A DNA stretch of 64,000 nucleotides, from positions 64,001 through 128,000 of the forward strand of contig CAWJGT010000019.1 of the NCBI GenBank assembly GCA_963842525.1. The letters are read 5' to 3'. Both the position numbers and the translations under genes were made by a program. This DNA is from an uncultured Holophagales bacterium. GTDB lineage: Bacteria; Acidobacteriota; Thermoanaerobaculia; Multivoradales; UBA5704. The notes beneath the pieces are model-generated. The model was given only the letters and a program-made list of their open reading frames with translations. It did no database searches and had not been told where the DNA came from. This document shows positions 9,075-20,103 of the stretch, piece by piece (position 1 is the first letter of the stretch; each line of letters starts with the position of its first letter).

Positions 9075-10553
9075 TTAATTCGGCGAGCCCGGCAGCGGGT
9101 CCCGCAGGTAAGGGAACGTCGAATCGAACTGGCTCGCGTCCTGGAGCGTGCCGTCCGTGAAGGGGAGAGTACCTGAAGGAGCGTCCGCGGCGGTGCAGGA
9201 GAAGGCGCCCGGGAAGGCATGGCAGAGCACGCCCATGGCCACCCGCAGCTCGATGTCCACCACGTCGTCGCCCGGCCGGCGGCCGTTGGGGAAGCCGGCG
9301 TTGTCGCCGCCCAGCGCGCCGAGGTTGTTCTGCGCCGCCGCCGCCACCGCCGGGATGGAGGTGTTCAGCCGCAGCATCTCGTGCGGCTGGCCGTCCGAGA
9401 GGAAGTTCACGCCCGTGATGCCGGTGGCGAACGCCGCCACCAGGTCGAGGCGCGGGAAGTTATTGGGCGCCTGCACACCGGCCGCGCCGAAGAGGATCTC
9501 CAGGATCTCGGGCAGGGTCGGGTTCGTCACATAGGTGGCGAGCGCCGCGTCGCCCGACGGATGGGCGGCGTTGAACAGGTTCTTGTCCTTGAGGCCGATG
9601 ACCACCTCGTTGACCAGCGGCATGCCGAGCCGCGAGACCTGGATGAAGTCGCCGGTCTCGTTGGCCGGGCTCTGGAACGTCGGATTGGTACGCAGGACCC
9701 GGTTGCGCGGCAGCACCGCCGTGGTCCAGCCGCCGACCACCGCACCGGCTCCTGTCAGACAGGCCGCCGGCACCTCCAGCGCGAACGTGGTGATGTTCTT
9801 GTCATCGATCGTGTTGGGCTCGGCGTTCCGGTCGCCGAGGGGGTTCGTGATGTTGACCAGGTCGAAGACCTCGCCCAGGTTGACCGCGAAGGGCTCCTTG
9901 CGCTGGCCGATGAAGATCTGGCCGTCCCCGGCATTGCAGCCCGGGATGTCGAGGTTGCGCACAAACTTGTCCGCATACCCGGCATAGTCGGGGATCGACT
10001 TCTGGCCGATGTTGTCGACCGGCTTGCCGAAGCGGTTGGCCCCGGTGTCTGCGTCCGTGGCGAAGTCCCACCGCGTGTCGTCGTCGATACGGCCTCTCGC
10101 CACCCCCAGCGTGCAGCTCTCGGCTACGTTCAGCGTGGCGTCGCGCTGACCCGGACCCCCGGAGATCTGCCCGACGTTGATCACCGGCACCGAGACCTGG
10201 ACGCCGCCGACCGGCAGCTTGATGTCCGTCAGCGCCTGCGTGCAGCGGAACTGGAAGCTGACGTCCTCCACGCCGTCGCCCGTATTGTCGATGTGGATGC
10301 GGTAGCGGGCGTCGGGGTCGAGCGTGAAGTAGTTGGGCCCGCCGTAGGCATCCTGGAGCGGCAGGTAGTTGGCGAGGATCGTGACGAAGCCGCTGCGCCC
10401 CGCCTCATAGCTGTTGAACATGTAGAAGTCCGTCCCGTCCACCTTGGGCATCTCGGTGATCCCCGGCGCCTCCCGGTGGCTGGACGCCTGGGCCGGGAGC
10501 GCCGCCAGGGCGGCCAGGGCCAGGACTGCCAGAATCAGTGCGCGTTGTCTCAT
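9075..10553 (-). CDS. DUF4331-like secreted protein
   Basis: Signal peptide then ASSHREAP; DGTDFYMF; QVSRLGMPLVNEVVI; GFPNGRRPGDDVVDIELR; RBS aggagga before ATG 10553. Confidence 0.9.
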   Translation of the reverse strand: MRQRALILAVLALAALAALPAQASSHREAPGITEMPKVDGTDFYMFNSYEAGRSGFVTILANYLPLQDAYGGPNYFTLDPDARYRIHIDNTGDGVEDVSFQFRCTQALTDIKLPVGGVQVSVPVINVGQISGGPGQRDATLNVAESCTLGVARGRIDDDTRWDFATDADTGANRFGKPVDNIGQKSIPDYAGYADKFVRNLDIPGCNAGDGQIFIGQRKEPFAVNLGEVFDLVNITNPLGDRNAEPNTIDDKNITTFALEVPAACLTGAGAVVGGWTTAVLPRNRVLRTNPTFQSPANETGDFIQVSRLGMPLVNEVVIGLKDKNLFNAAHPSGDAALATYVTNPTLPEILEILFGAAGVQAPNNFPRLDLVAAFATGITGVNFLSDGQPHEMLRLNTSIPAVAAAAQNNLGALGGDNAGFPNGRRPGDDVVDIELRVAMGVLCHAFPGAFSCTAADAPSGTLPFTDGTLQDASQFDSTFPYLRDPLPGSPN

Positions 10554-10607
10554 GTCTCCTCCTGTCAATGTTGCGGCTCGGGAGTCGTACCCGTGCTCTA
10601 TCTTGAG

Positions 10608-10633
10608 TACGGAGCCATTCACGCATCGGATGA
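10608..10633 (-). promoter_or_regulatory. Putative SigK-type ECF promoter
   Basis: Minus strand TCATCC-N15-CCGTA, 55 bp upstream of the DUF4331 start; close to the CCATCC-N15-CCGAA consensus known for SigK/RskA systems. Confidence 0.6.
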
Positions 10634-10682
10634 CTGAATGGGAAAAGAGGGGAAAGCTCTCCGTCGCCGCTAGAATGCGCGC

Positions 10683-11510
10683 ATGACCGAAACGAGATCC
10701 GCCACGCTCCGCCCCGACGGCCGCGCCGCCGACGCCCTCCGCCCCCTGCGCATCCAGACCAACGTGCTCAAATTTGCCGAGGGCTCGGTGCTCCTCGAGC
10801 TGGGCGAGACGCGCATCCTGGTCGCCGCCAGCGTGGACAACCGGGTCCCCAATTTCCTCAAGGACAGCGGGCGCGGCTGGCTCACCGCCGAGTACTCGAT
10901 GCTGCCGCGCGCCACCCACACCCGCAGCCCACGCGAGGTCTCCCAGGGCCGGCCGTCGGGACGCACCGCCGAGATCCAGCGCCTGATCGGCCGCAGCCTG
11001 CGCGCCGCCTTCGACCTGAGCGCCATGCCCGACCGCACCCTGACCCTCGACTGCGACGTCCTCCAGGCCGACGGCGGCACCCGCACCGCCGCGGTCACCG
11101 GTGCCTACGTGGCCGCGTGCCTCGCCCTCGGCCGCCTCCTGGTCACCGGCGACATCCAGACCTGGCCGGTCATCGAGCAGATGGCCGCGGTCTCCGTCGG
11201 CCTCGTCCGCGGGACGCCGCTCCTCGACCTCGAATACGTCGAAGACCAGGTCGCCGAGGTGGACATGAACGTCGTGGGCACGGCCGGCGGATCGCTGATC
11301 GAGATCCAGGGCACCGGCGAAAAGCGGAGCTTCCGCCGCGAGGAGATGGACGCCCTGGTCGACCTCGCCTTCAAAGGTATCCGGGAGCTGGCCGCGGCGC
11401 AGGACCAGGCCCTGGCGACCACCCTGGAGGAGGTCCGGCACGTCCTCGCCAAGGGCACCCGCCGCCAGGCCCCGCCCAAGCCCGAGAAGGACCTCTGGGG
11501 AAGGCCATGA
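10683..11510 (+). CDS. rph: Ribonuclease PH
   Basis: [64 protein letters not shown]. Confidence 0.97.
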   Translation: MTETRSATLRPDGRAADALRPLRIQTNVLKFAEGSVLLELGETRILVAASVDNRVPNFLKDSGRGWLTAEYSMLPRATHTRSPREVSQGRPSGRTAEIQRLIGRSLRAAFDLSAMPDRTLTLDCDVLQADGGTRTAAVTGAYVAACLALGRLLVTGDIQTWPVIEQMAAVSVGLVRGTPLLDLEYVEDQVAEVDMNVVGTAGGSLIEIQGTGEKRSFRREEMDALVDLAFKGIRELAAAQDQALATTLEEVRHVLAKGTRRQAPPKPEKDLWGRP

Positions 11511-11534
11511 CATCCTGCGATAGACTGCGCCGCC

Positions 11535-12819
<1,285 letters not shown>

Positions 12820-12837
12820 GCTGTTGCACAGCTCGAC

Positions 12838-12925
12838 GGAGGGGTGGCTGAGCGGCTGAAAGCAGCGGTCTTGAAAACCGCCGGCCCGCAAGGGCTCGTG
12901 GGTTCGAATCCCACCCCCTCCGCCA
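12838..12925 (+). tRNA. tRNA-Ser (anticodon TGA)
   Basis: Acceptor stem ggagggg/cccctcc plus gcca; anticodon arm gcggt-ct-TGA-aa-accgc; long variable arm ggcccgcaagggct; T-arm gtgggttcgaatcccac. Confidence 0.97.
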
Positions 12926-12936
12926 ATTCCCATCCC

Positions 12937-13902
12937 ATGCGCCGCATCGTCGCGAACCTCCTCTGCGAGGACGACCTCGCCCGCCTCGCGCACGCCGAAA
13001 ACCCGCGACGCCGTCGCCAGCGTCCGCCCTCCCAGGAGACCCTCCGGACCGTCTCCAGAATGGCCGGCCTTCTTTCCGTTTTCGCCCGTGAGGGAGACCG
13101 CCTCTGGACCCCCGCGCCGGAATCCGGACCGTTGCGCGACCTGGAGCCCGCCGACGAAGTGCTCGCCTGGTGCGAGACTCCGGAGGTGGCGGCCCTACGG
13201 ACTGCCCCGCGTCCCGCATCCGTTCCCTGGGACGCTCCGCTCTGGAAGCTTGTCTGGCACCTGCCGGTCGCGCCACCCTCCGTGGTGGCGGCCGTCCATC
13301 ACCGCGCCTTCCATCTCCAGGTCGCCGAAGAGTTGGGCTGCGCCCTTCCCGGAGCCCGGATGGTGGAATCGCTCGCGGATCTCGACCGCACCCTCGCCGC
13401 CCGGGATGCCCCATCAGCCTGGGTCGTCAAAGCGCCGCTCTCTGTCTCGGGCCGTGCCCGCTACATCGAAAGGAACGGCCCGCTTCTCGCCGACCCGAAG
13501 TCCCGCCGCACTGTCGAGCGTCTCTTCGAGCATCACGGTCCCCTCCTCTTCGAGCCCTGGATGGACCGGATCTCCGACTTCGGCTGCGCCGCCCTCCTGA
13601 CCGGGACCGAGCTGAAGGTGGTCTCCGTCCACGGACAACGCGTCGATGGGAGAGGGCAGTTCGCGGGGATCGATCTGGATGCCGAGATTTCGCCGTCAGA
13701 CCGGGCGCGGCTGGAGGAGGTCGTCGACGGCACCGGCCGCGCCCTCCGCCGCGCCGGCTATGTCGGCCCGTTCGGCATCGATGCCTGGCACTACCGGCGA
13801 CCGGACGGCTCGGTCGCCTTTCAGGCGCTCGGGGAGATCAATGCCCGGATGACCTTCGGACTGGTGGCGCGGGCGCAGGCGGAACGGGGGCTCAATTCCT
13901 GA
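12937..13902 (+). CDS. ATP-grasp-like hypothetical protein
   Basis: WVVKAPLSVSGRAR, LLFEPWMDRISDFG, GYVGPFGID, EINARMTFG are ATP-grasp-type motifs. Confidence 0.65.
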   Translation: MRRIVANLLCEDDLARLAHAENPRRRRQRPPSQETLRTVSRMAGLLSVFAREGDRLWTPAPESGPLRDLEPADEVLAWCETPEVAALRTAPRPASVPWDAPLWKLVWHLPVAPPSVVAAVHHRAFHLQVAEELGCALPGARMVESLADLDRTLAARDAPSAWVVKAPLSVSGRARYIERNGPLLADPKSRRTVERLFEHHGPLLFEPWMDRISDFGCAALLTGTELKVVSVHGQRVDGRGQFAGIDLDAEISPSDRARLEEVVDGTGRALRRAGYVGPFGIDAWHYRRPDGSVAFQALGEINARMTFGLVARAQAERGLNS

Positions 13903-14863
13903 AGACGTCCTCGAGATGCTCGGCGGTCAGAACGCGCTCGCTCCATTCGAGCAGCCGGTCCGCATCCGTGGACAGCACCCGCTCCTCGATCTCGGGAGCC
14001 AAAGAACCGAACTTCAAGCGGAGGAGCCGCAGCAACACGCGGGCTTCCCCCTCCTGGCGGCCTTCCTGGCGGCCTTCCTCCCGGCCTTCCTCGCGGATCT
14101 GACGGTTCCACCGGTCGATGCTTTCTGCCAACATGGTTTCAAGCTCCTCTAAAGTCAACGCGTCGGAGACCTCTTCCAACTCAAGTCTGAAGCGCGGCAG
14201 GATGACCTTCTGCAGTCAGATTCCGAAGGCCCGCCGCAACGAAGCCTCCTCCGCAGGAACGTTCCGCCGCAAGCGATGGACACCAGCAAGAACATCTCCC
14301 CAATCCCTGCTCTTCTCGATATAGAACAGGTCGGCCACCGGGCTATGCAGCGTTTCCAGGAACTGCCGGTCGTAGGCCGACTCGTCCACCAGCCGATAGG
14401 TCAGCCGCGGCCGGTAGACCTCCGCCGAAGGGTCCAGATCGCCGACCAGAGAGCCGAGGTCTGTGGCCACGCCCCACGGCTCCCCGCCATTGTAGACGAG
14501 GACCGAGATGACCGGTGGCAGCTTCTTCTTCCAGGCTGCTGGAGGGAGATCGGCCAGCATGGTCTGGTACAAGAGGCCCTTGTAGACTGTAAAGCGAACC
14601 GGCATGGAGGGGTCCGGCCGCGACTGCAGCTCGATGAGGATGTAGAGCTCGGCCGGCTCGCCGCCGTCCTTGCGCCGGAACTTCCAGACGATGTCGCTCT
14701 CGCGGTTGTTATGGTCATCGGAGACGTAGGAAGAGCTGACCCGCTCGCCGGAGTCGAAGTCGATGAGCTCGACCCACGGCTCGGCCACGATCTTCTGGAG
14801 GAGATCCTGGACCATGCGGCGGTGGGAGAAGAAGAGACGGTAGCTGAGGTCGTGTTGTCCCAT
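13892..14863 (-). CDS. Rpn family recombination-promoting nuclease/putative transposase with DUF4351-like C-terminus (frameshift near 14220)
   Basis: HDLSYRLFFSHRRMVQDLL, RESDIVW, YILIELQS, PPVISVLVYNG; tail EEGREEGRQEGRQEG...LLRLLRLKFG...LLEWSERVL. Confidence 0.88.
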
Positions 14864-14936
14864 AAATTCTCGCGGGACTCTATCACGGATCCGCCTCACG
14901 GCTTGGCGCAGGGATTGTGTTGACGAAACAGCTCTA

Positions 14937-15222
14937 TCACCCCTCTTCTTCTGAGAGCACCGTCTCCTCCGGTGCCTCCGTGAAGCTCTCGAAGTCGATC
15001 CGGTAGCCGTCCGGGTCGGACAGGGACGTGACCCACATGCCGTTGCCGACGAAGGGCCTTGCGGCCTCGATCCCGCGGGATTTCACCTCGCGATAGATCG
15101 CCAGGGCGTCCTCGCACTTGAAGCAGACCGAGACGCCTTCGCCGACTTTCCCTTGGGGTATCCAGGAGCTGTGTCTTTCCGGCTTGCTTGACGTTCTTTC
15201 CGGTCTTCGCTTCGACGTTCAT
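14937..15222 (-). pseudogene. VOC/bleomycin-resistance family gene with internal deletion
   Basis: MNVEAKTGKNVKQA is joined out of frame to WIPQGKVGEGVSVCFKCEDALAIYREVKSRG...PFVGNGMWVTSLSDPDGYRIDFES; the first VOC half is missing. Confidence 0.6.
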
Positions 15223-15548
15223 TACTGTGTCTCTTTCTCCGGCTCCTTCTCGACACAATTGAACCAGATTCGTCTCTGCGGCGCTCCTGGGGGCCAGGCG
15301 GCTTGCTGGTCTTCCTCCCGCACGATCTTGTACGGCCCACCGCAATGCTCATACATTTTCTTGTAGGCGTCCTCGCGGCGTGCATTGCGCACGGTCTTGG
15401 CGCCAGCGTTCAGATAACTGACCTCGCCGTCAACCTGTTCGTCCACCGGGGCATAACTGCTGGTTTCAGGGATCGTCGTCCTCACCTGGCTCGCACTGCA
15501 TGCCGTCAGCGCGAAGACACCGATCAACAAAGACAGCTTCCGGTACAA
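15222..15548 (-). CDS. Small lipoprotein
   Basis: MYRKLSLLIGVFALTAC lipobox; lower GC than flanks. Confidence 0.75.
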   Translation of the reverse strand: MYRKLSLLIGVFALTACSASQVRTTIPETSSYAPVDEQVDGEVSYLNAGAKTVRNARREDAYKKMYEHCGGPYKIVREEDQQAAWPPGAPQRRIWFNCVEKEPEKETQ

Positions 15549-15591
15549 AGCATCCTCCTTTCCGCGAGCCGCTGGACCGGCTGCTCATGCC

Positions 15592-16002
15592 CTACCGATG
15601 AAGAGTGATTCCTTCCGAGGGAAAGCGGCGGTCGAAGGAATAGACCCTCTCCGCACCACGCTCACGAGCTTGCGCCCAGATCAGAACATCCGCAAAGGAG
15701 TTGCGTTTCGAATTACGGCAGAGAATGAGAGCTTGGAGAACACGGGGCTTGGAGAGCGTGGCGAGCCGAAGATTCTGCCGCTGAACCAGCTCCATCAAGA
15801 CGTCCACGATGTCGGGACGCATCATCTTGTAGAACGAGCCGAGCACATAGGCAGATTCCATCAGCACGAGCTCGCTCAGGATCAGAGCTTCGTCGCTATC
15901 GATGACCTGGGCCGCTCGTTCGGCCATTTCTGGCGGATCTCCCGTCAAGTAGCGCACCACGTAGCTCGTGTCGAGCAAAGCGGGGGTCGTCTCACGCGTC
16001 AT
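15592..16002 (-). CDS. PIN-domain (VapC-like) toxin
   Basis: LLDTSYVVRYL, ELVLME, SFADVLI, YSFDRRF acidic PIN motifs. Confidence 0.9.
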   Translation of the reverse strand: MTRETTPALLDTSYVVRYLTGDPPEMAERAAQVIDSDEALILSELVLMESAYVLGSFYKMMRPDIVDVLMELVQRQNLRLATLSKPRVLQALILCRNSKRNSFADVLIWAQARERGAERVYSFDRRFPSEGITLHR

Positions 16003-16006
16003 GCAT

Positions 16007-16273
16007 TCACTCCTTCCCACCCCAATCTTCAGCAACAGCCTCCTCCCAGGCCTTACGCCCCGCTTCCTCCCACTCCTCCGGGGGCAGCGGACGCTCGACG
16101 AACCGGCCCAATGCTCCCTTCAGGGATCGATTGTGCTCCGCGGGAAAGAATCGGACCTCGACGTGGTCACCGCGCAGTGTCTGCACAGCGACGAAGCCCG
16201 GCTGAACTCCGAGAGCCGTACGGATCGGCTTCTCGATGACAATCTGCCCCTTCTCTCCCACTCGGCTGGCCAT
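16007..16273 (-). CDS. AbrB/MazE/SpoVT family antitoxin
   Basis: MASRVGEKGQIVIEKPIRTALGVQPG; directly upstream of the PIN gene. Confidence 0.88.
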   Translation of the reverse strand: MASRVGEKGQIVIEKPIRTALGVQPGFVAVQTLRGDHVEVRFFPAEHNRSLKGALGRFVERPLPPEEWEEAGRKAWEEAVAEDWGGKE

Positions 16274-16369
16274 AGTAATACCTCCGGCAATAAGTATAAC
16301 TCGGGTCGTCGAGGCTCCATCCAGAGACAGACTCACGACCGGGGCTCGCTCCTGGACTAGACTGCCGCC

Positions 16370-18001
16370 ATGAGCCCTCGTACCACGCGACGCCGCCGGA
16401 TCAACGGGTGGGGATTCGAGGGGGTGTCTTTCCCTCCTCCCCGGCCGATGCGGACGTGGCTGGAAGAGCGGATCGGCCCGGCGGAGCGCCAAGAACCGGT
16501 CGATCCCGCCCGGATCCGGATCCACGAGCCGAGGTCGATCCCGGACCTGCCTGTGCCGGTCTCGCGCGAGCCGCTGGACCGGCTGCTCCATGCCCGCGGA
16601 CGTGGGTTCTCCGACCTGGTCCGGCTGCGGACCGGATCGCTGCCGGCGGCGCCGGATGCGGTGGCGCGGCCAGGCGACGCCGCGGAGGTGGAGGAGGTGC
16701 TCCGGATTTGCAGCCGCGAGGGAGTCCGGGTGATCCCCTTCGGCGGCGGGACGTCGGTGACCGGCGGGGTCAATGCCTTCCCCGATCCGGTGCCCACGGT
16801 CGTCCTCGACCTCGAGCGGCTCGCGGGGCTGGCGCGGCTGGACGAGCGGTCGGGGCATGCCACGTTCGGCGCCGGCACCTTCGGCCCGGCCCTGGAGGCG
16901 GCCCTGGCGCCCCACAGGCTCACGCTCGGCCACTTCCCGCAGTCCTGGGAGCTGTCGACCCTCGGCGGCTGGGTGGCCACCCGGTCCTCGGGGCAGGAGT
17001 CGCTCGAGTACGGTCGCATCGAGGATCTGGTGGCCGGCCTGGAGATGGTCGCCCCGGGCGGCCGCCTGGCGCTCCCCGCGATGCCGGCCTCGGCCGCCGG
17101 ACCGGACCTGCGCCAGCTCGCCCTCGGCAGCGAGGGACGGCTCGGCGTGCTCACCGAGGTGACCGTGCGCGTCTCGCCGCGGCCGGCGGGCCGGACCGTC
17201 GAGGCGTTCCTGGTGCCCTCCTGGGACGAGGGGATCGAGGCCGTGCGGGAGTTGGTGCTCGCGGGCATCCCTCTCCACATGCTCCGTCTCTCGGACCCGG
17301 ACGAGACGCAGGTCGCCCTCGCGGTCGGGACGCGTGGCCATCTCTGGTCCCCCCTGGCGCGCGGCTGGCTGCGGCTGCGCGGCGCCCGTCCGGGGTCGTG
17401 CCTGCTGTTCTGCGGCGCGGCAGGTCGGGACCGGGAGAGGCGGTGGGTGTTGGGCGAGACCCGGAGCTTTCTGAAGCGGCGGCGGGCCACCTCCCTCGGC
17501 GAAGGCCCGGGCCGGCGATGGCTGGCCGACCGCTTCCGCCATCCCTATCTGCGCGACGCTCTCCTCGACCTCGGCTGGGGCACCGAAACGCTGGAGACCG
17601 CTGCCCCTTGGTCCGCCCTGCCGCGGCTCTACGAGGCGGTCCGCGCCGCGGTCGCCGGCGGGCTCCCGAACGAAGAGGTCCCGATCCTCTGCCATATCTC
17701 CCATATGTACCGGGACGGCGCCTCGCTCTACTTCACCTTCTTCTTCCGCTGCCCCAAGGACCCCGAGGAGACCGTCGAGCGCTGGGCGACCCTCAAGCGG
17801 GCGGCCACGAGCGCTCTCGTCGGGGCCGGCGGGACGATCAGCCACCACCACGGGGTCGGCTCGTGGCATGCCCCTTGGGTTTCCCAGGAGGTGGGGGAGG
17901 CCGGAGTCCGCGTGCTCGCCGCCGCCGCGCGGGAGCTCGATCCGCAGGGCATCCTCAACCCGCACGTCCTGCTGGACCCCGAAGACCGGCTGGAGGTCTG
18001 A
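16370..18001 (+). CDS. FAD-linked oxidase, alkyl-DHAP synthase-like
   Basis: PFGGGTSVTGG, GHFPQSWELSTLGGWVATRSSGQ, GSEGRLG, CHISHMY, ISHHHGVG, LDPQGILNP. Confidence 0.88.
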   Translation: MSPRTTRRRRINGWGFEGVSFPPPRPMRTWLEERIGPAERQEPVDPARIRIHEPRSIPDLPVPVSREPLDRLLHARGRGFSDLVRLRTGSLPAAPDAVARPGDAAEVEEVLRICSREGVRVIPFGGGTSVTGGVNAFPDPVPTVVLDLERLAGLARLDERSGHATFGAGTFGPALEAALAPHRLTLGHFPQSWELSTLGGWVATRSSGQESLEYGRIEDLVAGLEMVAPGGRLALPAMPASAAGPDLRQLALGSEGRLGVLTEVTVRVSPRPAGRTVEAFLVPSWDEGIEAVRELVLAGIPLHMLRLSDPDETQVALAVGTRGHLWSPLARGWLRLRGARPGSCLLFCGAAGRDRERRWVLGETRSFLKRRRATSLGEGPGRRWLADRFRHPYLRDALLDLGWGTETLETAAPWSALPRLYEAVRAAVAGGLPNEEVPILCHISHMYRDGASLYFTFFFRCPKDPEETVERWATLKRAATSALVGAGGTISHHHGVGSWHAPWVSQEVGEAGVRVLAAAARELDPQGILNPHVLLDPEDRLEV

Positions 18002-18002
18002 C

Positions 18003-19610
18003 GTGTTCCACCCCGGTTGGAGGTCACGGGCGCTCGCCGGTCTGGCCGAGCCCTTTGACCTGATCGTGGTCGGCGGCGGCATCACCGGCTGCGGGGTGCT
18101 CCTGGATGCCGCCCAGCGCGGCCTGCGGGTCCTGCTGCTGGAGAAGGGCGACATCGCCAGCGGGACCTCCTCCCGCTCGTCCAAGCTGATCCACGGCGGG
18201 CTGCGTTACCTCAAACAGATGCGGCTCCATCTCACCCGCGCGGCCTGCCGCGAGCGGGACCGGATGCTCGCGCTCTCGCCCCACCTCGTGCGGCCGGTCC
18301 CGTTCGTCTATCCCATCTACAGGGGCGGCGGGACCTCCGGCTGGCAGGTGGGCCTCGGGCTTCGCGTGTACGACCGGATGACCACGGGCGCGCCCCACCG
18401 GCGGCTCGATCCTGAGGAGCTCGAGCGCTTGGCTCCCGGCGTGCCGGCGGACCACCTCGACCGGGCGCTGCTCTATGGCGACGCCCTGACCGACGACGCC
18501 CTCCTGACCCTGGCGGTCGCCGGCACCGGCTTCGCGCACGGCGGGCTGGTGCTGACCCGCGCCGCGCCGGAAGAGCCGCTGCGGGATGGCCATGGGCGCC
18601 TCCGCGGCCTGCGGGTGCGCGACCTTGAGCTGGGCGACGTCCATCCGGTCAAGGCGCACGTGGTGGTGAACGCCACCGGCGCCTGGACCGATGCGCTGCG
18701 CCAACGGCTCGGGCTCCCGGACCGCCGCGTGCGGCCCTCCCGCGGCAGCCATCTCGTCCTGCCCAGCGAGCGCCTGCCGCTCGGCGCCGCGGTGACCATC
18801 CCCTCGCCGGACGACCGGCGGCCGGTCTTCTTCATCCCGCATCCGGAAGGGGTCCTGGTGGGGACCACCGACCTGTTCCATGACGGGGGCCTCGACGACC
18901 CGCGGCCCAGCCTGGAGGAGGTGGCTTATCTGCTGCGCGCCGTTCAGGCGGCCTTTCCCGAACGGGGGATCTCGGAACGGGACATCCGCGGCGCGTTCGC
19001 GGGGCTGCGGCCGATCGTCGACGCCAGCGCAGGAGACCCGTCGGCCGCCAACCGCGAGGAGGCCGTCTGGGAGGAGCAGGGCCTGCTCTCGGTGGCCGGA
19101 GGCAAGCTCACCACCTGGCGATCCATGGCCGAGCACGTCGTGGACCGGGTCCTGAGCCTGCTGCCGCCGGAGCGGGAGCGGGCGGCGAGGCCATGCGCCA
19201 CGGAAGGGACGACCGTCGGCGCCCTGGCTCCCCTGGACCTCCCGGATCGGCTGCGCCAGATCTGCGGCCTCGCGCCGGATCTGGCGGCCGGAATGGCCCG
19301 GCGTCTCGGCGCCCTCGCCTGGTCCGCCTGCCTGGGCGTCGGCCCGGCGGACCTCCGGCCGCTCCGCGACGGCACCGACCTCTGCGCGGCCGAGGTGCGC
19401 GCGCACCTGCGCTACGGAGCCGTTCTTCGCTTGGACGACCTCCTCCTGCGCCGCGTCCGGGTGGGGATGTGGGACCCTGCCGCTGCCCGCGACCTGGCGC
19501 CGCGCCTGGGGTCGGTCTTCCGCGACGAGCTGGGCTGGGACGGCCGGCGCTGGGACCGGGCGATGGACGAGGCCATGGCGGCGATCGAGGCATGGAGCCC
19601 TCGGAGCTGA
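18003..19610 (+). CDS. glpD: FAD-dependent glycerol-3-phosphate dehydrogenase
   Basis: DLIVVGGGITG, GTSSRSSKLIHGGLRYL, VNATGAW, FAGLRP, GGKLTTWR. Confidence 0.92.
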   Translation: MFHPGWRSRALAGLAEPFDLIVVGGGITGCGVLLDAAQRGLRVLLLEKGDIASGTSSRSSKLIHGGLRYLKQMRLHLTRAACRERDRMLALSPHLVRPVPFVYPIYRGGGTSGWQVGLGLRVYDRMTTGAPHRRLDPEELERLAPGVPADHLDRALLYGDALTDDALLTLAVAGTGFAHGGLVLTRAAPEEPLRDGHGRLRGLRVRDLELGDVHPVKAHVVVNATGAWTDALRQRLGLPDRRVRPSRGSHLVLPSERLPLGAAVTIPSPDDRRPVFFIPHPEGVLVGTTDLFHDGGLDDPRPSLEEVAYLLRAVQAAFPERGISERDIRGAFAGLRPIVDASAGDPSAANREEAVWEEQGLLSVAGGKLTTWRSMAEHVVDRVLSLLPPERERAARPCATEGTTVGALAPLDLPDRLRQICGLAPDLAAGMARRLGALAWSACLGVGPADLRPLRDGTDLCAAEVRAHLRYGAVLRLDDLLLRRVRVGMWDPAAARDLAPRLGSVFRDELGWDGRRWDRAMDEAMAAIEAWSPRS

Positions 19611-19680
19611 AGGCTCCCTTCTTGCAAGGGTGTACGCTCACACCAGGGAGACCGTCGAGAGCGGACCCGGGGAGGACCGA

Positions 19681-20103
19681 ATGGAGCTGAAGACCCTGCT
19701 GCAGATCATGGGCGTCATTGCCCTGGTCGCCGTGATCCTCGCGGCGGTGATCCTCGCCACGGCGATGCGCAAGCTGCGAAAGATCCGCCTCCCCCCGGAC
19801 GCCGACTTTTTCACCGCCGTGCGGGCGGTCCCCCTCTCTCTGGTCGTCGGCCTGGATCTGCTCGACCTGGGCCTGGACGTCTTTTCCACGCCGATCATCT
19901 GGTGGCTGCTGAACCGGACAGGGCTCCAGGCGTTGCGCAACGTGGCCTCCTTCGAGGCCCTGATCCCGGTGACCGGACCGATCCCGACGCTCACCCTGGC
20001 GTGGATCGCCTCCCGTCTCTTCAACCTCGGCAAACCGTACGACCCCAACGTTATCGAGGCAGAGCGGATTGGGCCGGATCGGTACGCGGCGCGCCCGCGA
20101 TGA
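19681..20103 (+). CDS. Small membrane protein
   Basis: Hydrophobic N-terminus; RBS ggagga; overlaps the next gene (ATGA). Confidence 0.7.
   Translation: MELKTLLQIMGVIALVAVILAAVILATAMRKLRKIRLPPDADFFTAVRAVPLSLVVGLDLLDLGLDVFSTPIIWWLLNRTGLQALRNVASFEALIPVTGPIPTLTLAWIASRLFNLGKPYDPNVIEAERIGPDRYAARPR

Noticed and set aside
12926-16360. Prophage or integrative element at tRNA-Ser
   Set aside because: No integrase, phage genes or att duplication seen.
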